Positions 18,044 through 27,019 are shown, numbered from the stretch's first letter. The stretch: 35,834 nucleotides of DNA from Candidatus Calescibacterium sp. (GCA_032249135.1 JAVVGL010000020.1:1-35834), one strand, 5' to 3'. The notes: generated by a model from the sequence alone, not told the origin. Translations and numbers: made by a program.

Positions 18044-18439
18044 TTATTTTAAGCCAGCGGCTCTACCTGCATTGATAGCTTGGGTTGCACATTTTACAAG
18101 AAGTTGCCAAGCCCAATTAGCTGAATGGGAGCACTCAGCCCATTTCCCTTTTGCACATAAGTCCTCTGCCTTTTTGAGCTCTTCTTTCGCAAGAGAAAGC
18201 CAACCCTTTGCAGATTCCCATTCCCCTTTTACCGCTGGGTTCTTTTGAGCTATATTTTCTATTCCACCCTGAACAAGCTCTCCTGCTGTCTTTTCAACAA
18301 GAGCAAGGGTATCTTTGGCGGTTTTCAACCATTTTTCAGCATCCTCACGAGTTTGAGCAAAAACCCCTGAAATATGGAGCGAAAAAGTCAAGAAACAAAG
18401 AATAAGAAAAGTTCTGATCGCTAATTTACTGACCACCAT
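18044..18439 (-). CDS. Secreted helical protein of unknown function co-transcribed with nosZ
   Basis: SD AAGGAGGTG with AGGAGG 9 nt before ATG; Sec signal ending VFA-Q; Ala/Lys/Trp-rich amphipathic helices; three Cys in the mature part; starts 19 nt after the nosZ stop. Confidence 0.85.
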   Translation of the reverse strand: MVVSKLAIRTFLILCFLTFSLHISGVFAQTREDAEKWLKTAKDTLALVEKTAGELVQGGIENIAQKNPAVKGEWESAKGWLSLAKEELKKAEDLCAKGKWAECSHSANWAWQLLVKCATQAINAGRAAGLK

Positions 18440-18458
18440 ACTACATCACCTCCTTTCT

Positions 18459-20468
18459 TTATTTTTTGGGTTTCACAATAAGGTATCCTGCCATTTCAAG
18501 GTGTAATGCCGAACAGAATTCAGAGCAGTAGAACGGGAATACACCCGGTTTATCTGCAACGAACTCAACAACTCCTGTTTCACCAGGTTCTATTGAAAGG
18601 TTTATGTTGTATCCGCCAAGAGCGAATCCGTGCGTAGCATCTCTTGCTCTTTCAACATTAGTAATATACATAACTACCTTGTCACCTTGCTCAACCTCAA
18701 TTATTTCCGGTGTAAAGTGGCTACGAATAGCAGTAGCATAAACATAAACAGTTTTTCCTTTCCTCTCTATCTTTTCCTTCCCAAGAGTCGTAGCATATGG
18801 AGATTTGGATTGCTTTATCGGATCCCAACCAACATCAGGATATACTGTCCAAGGTTTGAGTTTATCTGCTTTTATAATTTGAGCATAGTGAGGTTCTCCG
18901 AGAGGAATTGGCATATCATATACAAGCTTCATCTTATCTCCTGATATATCAATAAGTTGGAAGTTCTGCGGGTGAAGAGGTCCAACTGGATTGAACCTAT
19001 CAATTGACCATTTATTAAGAGCAACAACCCATTTTCCATCTGGTGCTACCGTATCTCCTTCGGCAGCTGCTATATGACCTATGTTGTAGTGAACTGGAAG
19101 TTTCTCATAAAGTTTCCACTCTCCGATCTTCCACTTTGCAACAACAGACTCTATAAAAACAGATGTGTAAGCAAAACCTCTGTTATCAAAAACAGTGTGA
19201 AGAGGACCAAGACCTATTGGTACCTGAGCCTCGACTGAATCCTTGAAGGCTATAATTGGAACACCGAACTTGTCTTTACCCTCAAACTTACCTTTTTCTA
19301 TTGCATCTTTTATCTTTTGAATTGAGTAAACCGTTGCGTGAGTGTCAAGCTTACCACCAACAACTATCCATTTACCATCCGGGGAAACATCTACACCGTG
19401 CGGAGATTTTGGTTCAGGTGTGAAAACAAGTATTTTCTCTTTCGCAGCAACATCCAAAGGAATAACTTTTATTTTGAATCCACCTATACCTACCACCTCT
19501 TTTGCTCCACCTCTGGCAACAACCTCCTCAGCTTTTTTCCAGTTGATTATGTGAAGATAATCCATATCATTTTGGGAAGCACCAACTTCAAAGAAAGGAT
19601 TAGGTGAACCCAAAGGTTTTCCGGTAGCCATTTCAGAGTTGAAAGAGTTGCAGAAAGCAAAACCATAGCTTTCAAGTTTTCCAGCATCGCAGAGGTCTTG
19701 CCAGTAAGGTGGAGCTTCAACTGCAAAAGATTTTTCAGGTATTATTCTTCCCGCTTTTCTATCAAAGTACCAGAATGTTATGTAGCCTCTATATTTTTCT
19801 GCATACTCGCTCAGAGGAGCATAACCTCCACCTTGCGGAACAGCATACTGCGAAGGTTCTATTATGTATTCGGAGTTCGGAGTTACAAACGCTGCACCAT
19901 GATTTGAATAACCAAGCGGGTTGCAGACTATCTGCTTGGTTTCAAAGTCACGAAGGTCTATAACTGCAACACGAGAGTTAGCTTTATCTCCTATAAAGAG
20001 GAACTGACCATCGTAGTCACCGTTAGTTTCGGATAATGCAGGGTGGTGAGTGTCAGCCCATGTAAGTTTGGCTCTGAGTGGATCACAGTTTGTTCCCTGA
20101 AGTACCTTTCTGTTCTCTGCATCAAAACCGTATCCTTGCCACGGTTCGGGAGTAAAAACAGCTATATATTTGAGTATTCTCATAGATGGTATTCCGATAA
20201 CTATGACCTGACCTGAGTGTCCGCCGGAGGAGAACATAATGTATTCATCAAGAACACCTGTTGGATGATATGTTTTGAGAGCTGCTTCAACTGCATCCGG
20301 ACTGAGTTGGCGAGCTTTGGCTATTTCAAGAGCTCTATCGTACGGACCTTGAGCTGTAATGTTGCCTAATAACAAGCTGCCTATAAAAAGACCTGCTATA
20401 AACAGGCCTATACCTCCTAATACTTTACTTACTTTTTTATTTTTATTTTTGTACCCATAAAAAGCCAC
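18459..20468 (-). CDS. nosZ: Nitrous oxide reductase, clade II (Sec-dependent); true start ambiguous (see findings)
   Basis: FSSGGHSGQV...IPSMRILKYIAVFTPEPWQGYG; CuZ His motifs DTHH, SNHG, SPHG, GPLH, IGH, EPHY; CuA THGF...CSEFCSALHLEM; no twin-arginine motif and no fused cytochrome c. Confidence 0.97.
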   Translation of the reverse strand: MAFYGYKNKNKKVSKVLGGIGLFIAGLFIGSLLLGNITAQGPYDRALEIAKARQLSPDAVEAALKTYHPTGVLDEYIMFSSGGHSGQVIVIGIPSMRILKYIAVFTPEPWQGYGFDAENRKVLQGTNCDPLRAKLTWADTHHPALSETNGDYDGQFLFIGDKANSRVAVIDLRDFETKQIVCNPLGYSNHGAAFVTPNSEYIIEPSQYAVPQGGGYAPLSEYAEKYRGYITFWYFDRKAGRIIPEKSFAVEAPPYWQDLCDAGKLESYGFAFCNSFNSEMATGKPLGSPNPFFEVGASQNDMDYLHIINWKKAEEVVARGGAKEVVGIGGFKIKVIPLDVAAKEKILVFTPEPKSPHGVDVSPDGKWIVVGGKLDTHATVYSIQKIKDAIEKGKFEGKDKFGVPIIAFKDSVEAQVPIGLGPLHTVFDNRGFAYTSVFIESVVAKWKIGEWKLYEKLPVHYNIGHIAAAEGDTVAPDGKWVVALNKWSIDRFNPVGPLHPQNFQLIDISGDKMKLVYDMPIPLGEPHYAQIIKADKLKPWTVYPDVGWDPIKQSKSPYATTLGKEKIERKGKTVYVYATAIRSHFTPEIIEVEQGDKVVMYITNVERARDATHGFALGGYNINLSIEPGETGVVEFVADKPGVFPFYCSEFCSALHLEMAGYLIVKPKK

Positions 20469-20576
20469 CTCCTTTCTTTTATTTTTTATTTTTTAAAGAC
20501 ATTTTTCCTCTAAAAAATCTAAAATCTCGCAAAAAAACGAATTTCAAAAACCAATCAATAAAAAACTCCAAATCAA

Positions 20577-21313
20577 CTAACCTTTTTGCTGGCGCAAAAT
20601 CAAAGCTTTTTCTTTCATTCCAGCCCTTTCAAACTCCTCGGGTTTCCCTGGCCACTTCCACAGATTTGGGAACAAAACAGAACATTTTTCTTTCACAGGA
20701 CATGCATTGCATACTCCAAGACGCAAAACAAAAGCCAAAAATACAAAAACAAATCCCAAGATAGCAAGATAAAATCCCAACCCAAAAGTTGCATAAGTTT
20801 TAAATTGAGCAACAATCCCCTCACCAAAAATTTTTGGAGTAAACGGAGCTATTTTTATAGGAGCATTAGGATCAAGTTCGTGACCGAACTTATACATCCA
20901 AAAGAAAAGGTCCCCGATAAAGATAAGAGGAAAGGCAAGCGAGGGTAAAACAAAAAGGATTGCCCCTTTTCTTCCGGAAAAGAGGAAAAACAAAGAAATA
21001 AGTGAAAGAACAACAAGACCAAATAAAGCAATTTTCTTTCAAATTGAGCGGCTTCTTCCATTTTTTTCATACCTATATAATGATTGAGTATATCAAGTTC
21101 GGAAACATCTCCTTTTAGTTTTGAAAGGTAAACTTGAACCCTCAGCCCCTGCGGGTACTGAGGAGCGACAAGGGTAAATTTCCAGTAAGGGAAAAAGTAA
21201 GAAGATAAAATAAGAGCAGCAGATAAAATCGCAAACAAAGCAACCAAGATTCTTCTATTTCTCTGAATCATCGGTCCCGGGATCAATCTTTCAATTTTTT
21301 CTAAAACTCCCAT
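20577..21313 (-). pseudogene. nosB: NosB membrane protein split by a one-base frameshift at 21032-21035 (245 aa if repaired)
   Basis: PYWKFTLVAPQYPQGL...LNHYIGM in frame 1 and FFWMYKFGHELDPNAPIKIAPFTPKIFG in frame 2; one extra A gives ERKIALFGLVVLSLISLFFLFSGRKG; SD AGGAGG 9 nt before ATG 21313. Confidence 0.85.
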
Positions 21314-21341
21314 TTCCAATCACCTCCTCTTTCAAAAAATA

Positions 21342-21358
21342 AGCAAAAAATGTTCCAG
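21342..21358 (-). promoter_or_regulatory. Sigma54 (-24/-12) promoter of nosBZ
   Basis: CTGGAACATTTTTTGCT has GG-N10-GC spacing, is close to consensus TGGCAC-N5-TTGC and lies about 30 nt before the nosB ATG. Confidence 0.78.
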
Positions 21359-21527
21359 CTTTTGCTCCCGTTTTTTGGATTTTTTTTCATTTCTTCATTT
21401 TTTAATTTAGCCCGTTTTTTCATAGAGTCATTTTTTCAGCTATTTATGAGCGAAAGAAAAAGTCAAATCTATGGAGATATAATATTGAATTTGATTAAAA
21501 GAACAGGATAAAAATAAGGGACGAATT

Positions 21528-21564
21528 AGTCTCAAAAATGAGACTGAGTCTCAAAAATGAGACT
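21528..21564. promoter_or_regulatory. Two tandem palindromes AGTCTCA-AAAA-TGAGACT; candidate enhancer-binding-protein sites
   Basis: Identical 18-mers at 21528-21545 and 21547-21564, about 170-205 bp upstream of the -24 element. Confidence 0.7.
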
Positions 21565-21652
21565 GGAACTTTTTGTAGGGAAAATTTTTTCGGTGGTTAG
21601 AGATTTGGTTGAAAATTAACAAAATTATATCTCGCTTTGTTGCAATGATATT

Positions 21653-22245
21653 TTAAATGGTGAAAATTAATCGCAAGTTCTCTTTTCCATCAAATCCTCT
21701 GGCCATGATCTTCAAGCGCGCTCCGAACGGGTTTTGTTTTTCTAAGATTTCAAGATAATGCGCATCAGAACCTATTCCTCCTGCATGCTCAAACCGCATG
21801 CTTCTTTGTATCCAAATTCTGTTCAGTTTCTTTTTGATCTTGTGCGAGTTCTTCAACCCTTTATTCAGTTCTTTTTTGAACATCTGCAAGTTCTCTTATG
21901 GCGGTCCATACTTTATTGAATTTTTCTTCTGTTGTCTTTCTGAATAATGCGGGTTCTTCCTTGATTCTCCTTTGAGCCTCTTCGGTTCTTTTTTGAGCTT
22001 CCGTGAGCTCTTTTATTGCATTCCATATTTTTTCTATTTCCTGTGCAGGCCTCCTCTGAGCCTCCGTGAGCTCTTTTAGCACCTCCCACGCCCTGCTTAT
22101 CTGATCTTTTATCTCTCTTGTTTCTTTGAGGAGTACATCTTCTTTGAAAGATATGAATGCTTCATATATCGGACCTCTTATATTTTCATGGAGCTCTCTT
22201 ATTATTTCTCTTCTAATTTCCTCATATGCTTTAATTTAAACATTT
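21653..22245 (-). pseudogene. Decayed coiled-coil repeat protein (ELTEAQKRTEE type)
   Basis: Open frame IKAYEEIRREII...KELTEAQRR...KELTEAQKRTEE...RELADVQKRTE*RVEELAQDQKETE with no in-frame ATG and a TAA inside a repeat unit at 21861-21863. Confidence 0.65.
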
Positions 22246-22300
22246 TAAACTATGAAATAAAAATTATGGAAAAGATTTTGGGAAAAATTCACTTTATCTT

Positions 22301-24097
22301 TTGAGGGTTAAAATTAAAATGATGAGAATGAAAATCATTATCAATTTCTCTTTGGCACTCCTTCTCACTTTAGCTCAAAAATCTTTCGCAGATTCCTCAA
22401 GACTTTTTATGCTCGCAAGCTATATAGCATCCGACTACCAGAACGCAGTAAAGGATGGAAAAGTCATTTCAGATTTTGAATACTCTGAAATGAAAGAATT
22501 CTGCTCAGAAATTGTTTCACTCGTTCAGGGAACAGAAGTTGAAGATGTAGCCTCGGAGCTCTGTGAGGCAATAGAAAATAAAGAGGATGTAAAAGTAGTA
22601 AGACAACTTGCAAATAAAATAAGTGAATTTGCTTTAAAAAAAGGAGACCTGAGACCTAACTTTATACCTGATTTCAAGCTCGGAGAAAAAATTTATAAAT
22701 TAAATTGTGCCTCTTGTCACGGCGAAAAAGGTGAAGGATATAAGGTTGAATTCCAAGATTCCCCTCCACCATCTCCTCTGACATCACCAGATATATCTCC
22801 TGTTAAAGTTTTCACAATAACGAAATTCGGTATTGATGGAACTCATATGACACCATTTGAGATGTCAGATAAAGAAAGATGGTCCCTTTCTTTCTTCGTA
22901 TCTGCTATGAGATATCAAGATATCAAAATTGAAAACAAAGAAAAAGAAAACGACTTTGATGATTTCTCATTACTCTTTCAGCTCTCACATCTTTCAAATT
23001 CTGAACTTGAAAATAAATTTGGTTTTGAGAAAGCAGGAAAGTTGAGGTTATCGGTTTTCTATCTTGATGAGTTAGATGTTTTCTCTTCGGGATTAAAAAA
23101 TGTTATCCGTTTTCTTGATGAAGGTAAAACTTCTGAGGCAAAAGATACATTAGATTTAGCTTATTTTATATTTGAGGGTGTAGAAAGTAAAATTGCGATA
23201 AGAGATTTTTCATCGGTCAAAAAAATTGAGATTCTTTCAAGATCTGCTCACACAAAAATAAAGGAGGGAAAAATTGAAGAAGCCAAAAAAAATATAAATG
23301 AAATTTTATCGGCGGTGGATAAAATAAAGGGAAGGGGAGATGTAGGTGAAGTTTTTTCTGCCTTTGTTATTGTTTTCAGGGAGGGTTTTGAGGCTATTTT
23401 GATAATTTCTGCTATTTTGGGAATAGTCTCTATTACTCGGGCGAGTAGAACGCCAGTTTATCTTGGTATTGTATTAGGAATTATTTTCGGAATTTTGCTA
23501 TGGATTATTTTAGGTAATGTAGTTTTGATTAATCCTGAATTTATGGAGGGGTTTTTGACTTTGGTAGCAGTTTTTGTTATACTTTATGTGAGTTTCTGGC
23601 TCCTTGAATATTCAAGGCGGGAAAAAATAAGGCAATTTATTGAGAGGACAAAAAGTTATGCAAATTTGAAAAACTATACTGCTTTATTTTTACTATCTTT
23701 TTTTGCTGTTTCAAGGGAGGCGGGAGAAGCAGCACTTTTTCTCAGAGCTCTTGGTGATGTTCAATCTGCGTTTTATGGAATAATTTTTGGTTCAGCTTCT
23801 CTTTCTATTGTTGCATTTTTAATTTATTTTTTGAGAATAAAACTTGAACCCCGAATATTCTTTATTGTAACTAATATCATTTTGAATTTGGTAGCGGTTG
23901 CTCTTTTGGGTAAAGCTATTGCTGAATTTCAAGAAGCAGGCATTATACCTATAACTTTTATCAACATACCCTCTCTTGACTTTTTCGGTATTTTCCCAAC
24001 TTTACAAACAATTATTCCACAGATATTTTTATTCTTTTTCTTACTCTCAAGTACATTCTACTATCTTATTGTGAAGCACAAAGTAGCCTCTCAATAA
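22301..24097 (+). CDS. Cytochrome c / FTR1-family iron permease (PbrT/EfeU-like)
   Basis: Signal peptide, YIASDYQNAV...EYSEM, heme motif CASCH, GIDGTHM, REGFE and REAGE (RExxE) in the TM domain; real start probably an ATG at 22319-22328. Confidence 0.9.
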   Translation: MRVKIKMMRMKIIINFSLALLLTLAQKSFADSSRLFMLASYIASDYQNAVKDGKVISDFEYSEMKEFCSEIVSLVQGTEVEDVASELCEAIENKEDVKVVRQLANKISEFALKKGDLRPNFIPDFKLGEKIYKLNCASCHGEKGEGYKVEFQDSPPPSPLTSPDISPVKVFTITKFGIDGTHMTPFEMSDKERWSLSFFVSAMRYQDIKIENKEKENDFDDFSLLFQLSHLSNSELENKFGFEKAGKLRLSVFYLDELDVFSSGLKNVIRFLDEGKTSEAKDTLDLAYFIFEGVESKIAIRDFSSVKKIEILSRSAHTKIKEGKIEEAKKNINEILSAVDKIKGRGDVGEVFSAFVIVFREGFEAILIISAILGIVSITRASRTPVYLGIVLGIIFGILLWIILGNVVLINPEFMEGFLTLVAVFVILYVSFWLLEYSRREKIRQFIERTKSYANLKNYTALFLLSFFAVSREAGEAALFLRALGDVQSAFYGIIFGSASLSIVAFLIYFLRIKLEPRIFFIVTNIILNLVAVALLGKAIAEFQEAGIIPITFINIPSLDFFGIFPTLQTIIPQIFLFFFLLSSTFYYLIVKHKVASQ

Positions 24098-24235
24098 AAA
24101 ACGGATTTATTTTTTTACTTTCTTTTCTTTTTTCTCTTAATTTTGTTATTAATATTAAAATCTTATTTTTTTTAGATTTTTGTTTGTATTATATATTTCT
24201 CTGTTTCCAGTTAGTATTTATTTTTTGTTGTTCAT

Positions 24236-25507
24236 ATGGCTGAGCTGATAAAGATTTTTATTACTGTATTTTTTGGTTTAGTTTTGTTTTTCATCATAAA
24301 ATTTGTTGAAAATAAGTCCTATGCATTTTTATTTTCATCTTTGATTTTTATCGTCTATTTTGCGCTTTTTGGCTTGATAAGTGGAGCTGATATTTTTTAT
24401 GTTGTTACCACACTCTTTTTACTTGCCCTTTTTTTATATCTTATTTTCAACTCATATGTTTCAAGATTTGATAGTATTGTGAAAGCTTTGGATTCTGCCG
24501 AAAAGGAAATTAAAAAATCACAAGGTTTAAATTTTGATTTGGAACAATTTAAAGAAAAAAAAGTTTATGATTTGTTATCTTTGTTGCTTTCGCGTGTGCA
24601 GAGTGAACTCAGTAAAGCTAAAAACATGAACAATTATTTGATATATCTGACGAATTTCGCAAGATACTCTGTTATTGAATCAGATAAGCGAAAGGTTCTA
24701 CTTGAGGTTGGGAACTTTCTTGAATATGTTTTCCCAAAAAAGAAAATTTCCGTCGTCATCTTACAAGATTCAGAGCATGAAATATTGAAGGGCAAAGAAT
24801 TTGTTGAACCTTTTATAAATCAGATAACACGTGGTAAGCTTGAAGATGATAGCGGTGGATATATATCTTTCCCTCTTTTAAAAAATGGAGGGTATCACGG
24901 TTTTATAGTTATTTTTGGAGATCTCAGTAGTGCAGAAAGAAATTTTGTGTTTATAGTTTCAAAATTTGCTGAATCTATTATGAAAAGAATAGATAAGGAA
25001 AAAGAAATAGAGTTAAAAGCCATAACAGATCCGCTCACCGGAATTTATAACAGAAGGTATTTTATCTCAAGGTTGGAACAGAACTTTGAAAAATTCAAAA
25101 GAACAGGAAGAGGCTACGCAGTAGCTATATTTGATATAGATAAGTTCAAATCAATAAATGATACTTATGGACATATTGTCGGTGATGGTGTTTTGAAGAC
25201 CTTCTCTTCTGTTTTAAAAAGTAGTGTGAGAAAATATGATGTTCCTGCAAGATTTGGAGGAGATGAGTTTGTGTTATTACTTGATGAGATAGAAAAAGAA
25301 AATGCAATAGGAGCTGTAAAAAGAATTTCTACTCGGTTTTCCATGTCAGAGGATTTGAGAGCTATTATTAATGAAGGAATATCTGTAAGCTGGGGACTTG
25401 CAAGTGTAAATGAGGCTCCATCTTCTTATGATGAAATAATAAAGCTTGCAGATAAAAGACTCCTTAAAGCGAAAGAACTCGGTGGTGATAGAGGAGTTTG
25501 GGAATGA
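24236..25507 (+). CDS. Membrane-bound diguanylate cyclase
   Basis: N-terminal TMs, degenerate GAF-like middle, TDPLTGIYNRR, DIDKFKSINDTYGH, I-site RKYD, intact GGDEF. Confidence 0.93.
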   Translation: MAELIKIFITVFFGLVLFFIIKFVENKSYAFLFSSLIFIVYFALFGLISGADIFYVVTTLFLLALFLYLIFNSYVSRFDSIVKALDSAEKEIKKSQGLNFDLEQFKEKKVYDLLSLLLSRVQSELSKAKNMNNYLIYLTNFARYSVIESDKRKVLLEVGNFLEYVFPKKKISVVILQDSEHEILKGKEFVEPFINQITRGKLEDDSGGYISFPLLKNGGYHGFIVIFGDLSSAERNFVFIVSKFAESIMKRIDKEKEIELKAITDPLTGIYNRRYFISRLEQNFEKFKRTGRGYAVAIFDIDKFKSINDTYGHIVGDGVLKTFSSVLKSSVRKYDVPARFGGDEFVLLLDEIEKENAIGAVKRISTRFSMSEDLRAIINEGISVSWGLASVNEAPSSYDEIIKLADKRLLKAKELGGDRGVWE

Positions 25508-26666
25508 TTTCATCTATATCAATTGGCATTTTTTCTGCTAACTCATAAAAGAACCCTTCTACTATTATTTTCTCTGCCAAATCAGGCTCTATGCCTCTTG
25601 ATGTCAGGTAGAAAATCTCGTTTTCTCCTACTTTTGCAACAGATGCCGCATGTTTTGCACTCACTATGTTAGTATCTATTTGCATTGATGGAACGAGGAA
25701 AACTTTTGCATCAGGGGAGAAATTGATTGCTTTGCCTTCTATGTAGGAATCAGACCATTTTGCTTGATTTATTATTTTAGCGTTTTGCAAGAAAAACACT
25801 TGTGATTTGTCTTTTGTTAATGCTCTCACTATAACTTCTCCTTTTGTTTTTTCTCCTTTATGTTCCATATTGTATATTACTTCAAGGTTTTTTGAACCAA
25901 AGGAAGAAATTATGTGGTAATCGTAAGCTGAACTTTCTTTTCCCTCAAGTATTACATCTTTAATTAAAAATCCTCTCCCTTCTCCCCTCCATATATTTCC
26001 TTCTTTAATTTCGGATTTTTCCTCTAACAGAATTTTCATTCTTTCAAAGAATTTCGCTTTTTCTCCGGATTCTTCAAAAGAGAATAATTCTACCTTTGAG
26101 TTTTCTCCAACTAATATTTTAATTGATGAAGCTTCCCATATTTGAGCCTCATCAATATATACTTTGAATATTCTTACATAGCTCCCTTTTTCTGTTTCTA
26201 TTTTTAGCGAATTTGGTATGAGATCAAATCCGTTTTCTTTATCTGCAAAAATCAAAAACACATTATCACCATCTTGCAGCTTTATATTCAAGCTTTTTGA
26301 ATGTTCTTTTATTATATTTTCAATCGGTTGAGAAGATGTTGTGTTGATTTGTGTTTGAAAGTCTATTTTCTTATTTTCTTTGTTCTCTTTCTCTTTTCTC
26401 TTATCTTCTATTATGATTTTTTCTTTCTTTTTTCTCTTATCTCCTATTATGATTTTTTTTTCAGCTGGAAAAATGAATATGGAACCTTCTTTGGTGTTTA
26501 TTTTAAAAGTTGAACTTATTTTTTCTACTAAATTCTTTTGTTCTTCTGATAGTTTTTCAATTATTTCCCATTTAGTTTGAGTTTTTACCTTTATGTCCTT
26601 TGGAACTTTGACTTTTGAATATTTCGTCCTTATAATTTCTATTGTTTTTTCTTCTCTTTTTTCCAT
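25464..26666 (-). CDS. sufD: SufD-like Fe-S cluster assembly protein (SufB/SufD family)
   Basis: Beta-helix region, VPSMQIDTNIVSAKHAASVAKVGENEIFYLTSRGI...IIVEGF. Confidence 0.82.
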   Translation of the reverse strand: MEKREEKTIEIIRTKYSKVKVPKDIKVKTQTKWEIIEKLSEEQKNLVEKISSTFKINTKEGSIFIFPAEKKIIIGDKRKKKEKIIIEDKRKEKENKENKKIDFQTQINTTSSQPIENIIKEHSKSLNIKLQDGDNVFLIFADKENGFDLIPNSLKIETEKGSYVRIFKVYIDEAQIWEASSIKILVGENSKVELFSFEESGEKAKFFERMKILLEEKSEIKEGNIWRGEGRGFLIKDVILEGKESSAYDYHIISSFGSKNLEVIYNMEHKGEKTKGEVIVRALTKDKSQVFFLQNAKIINQAKWSDSYIEGKAINFSPDAKVFLVPSMQIDTNIVSAKHAASVAKVGENEIFYLTSRGIEPDLAEKIIVEGFFYELAEKMPIDIDEIIPKLLYHHRVLSL

Positions 26667-26689
26667 AAAGATTTGGTTTTTATTATTAT

Positions 26690-27010
26690 TTATGAATTTT
26701 TGAGAGTTTCTTCTATAAATTGGAGCAATTTACTTTTTGGAGCTGCTCCGACCATTCTGCCGAGTTCTTTACCATCTTTGAATATTATAAGTGTTGGAAT
26801 AGAAAAGACTTTATATTTTGAAGCTATATCTGGGTATTCATCAACATTCAGTTTGCCTATTTTTATTTTATCATTTTCTTTCTCTATTTCTTCCAAGATT
26901 GGAGCTATTGCCCTGCAAGGGGCACACCATGCAGCCCAGAAATCAATCAATATAGGTTCAGATGATTTTATATATTGTTCAAAGTTTTTTTCGTCAAGTT
27001 GAATTGCCAT
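26690..27010 (-). CDS. trxA: Thioredoxin
   Basis: MAIQLDEKNFE...IDFWAAWCAPC...SIPTL; true start is ATG 27010 because the longer ORF overlaps the tRNA. Confidence 0.95.
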   Translation of the reverse strand: MAIQLDEKNFEQYIKSSEPILIDFWAAWCAPCRAIAPILEEIEKENDKIKIGKLNVDEYPDIASKYKVFSIPTLIIFKDGKELGRMVGAAPKSKLLQFIEETLKNS

Positions 27011-27019
27011 TTTTTTGTG

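Noticed and set aside
18120-18165. Heme c motif in the small nos-linked protein
   Set aside because: Sequence is C-x7-C-S-H, not CxxCH
17991-19963. Several plus-strand ORFs over nosZ and its neighbour, and similar shadow ORFs over ccmF, obgE, der and the barrel gene
   Set aside because: Antisense or alternate-frame to well-supported genes, with no motifs or SD
20400-20420. Internal AGGAGGT with CTG as an alternative nosZ start
   Set aside because: Rare start codon, and it would remove the basic n-region of the signal peptide; the sequence simply encodes Leu-Gly-Gly
21528-21565. Palindromic direct repeat as a mini-CRISPR
   Set aside because: Only two 18-bp units separated by 1 nt; no spacers and no cas genes
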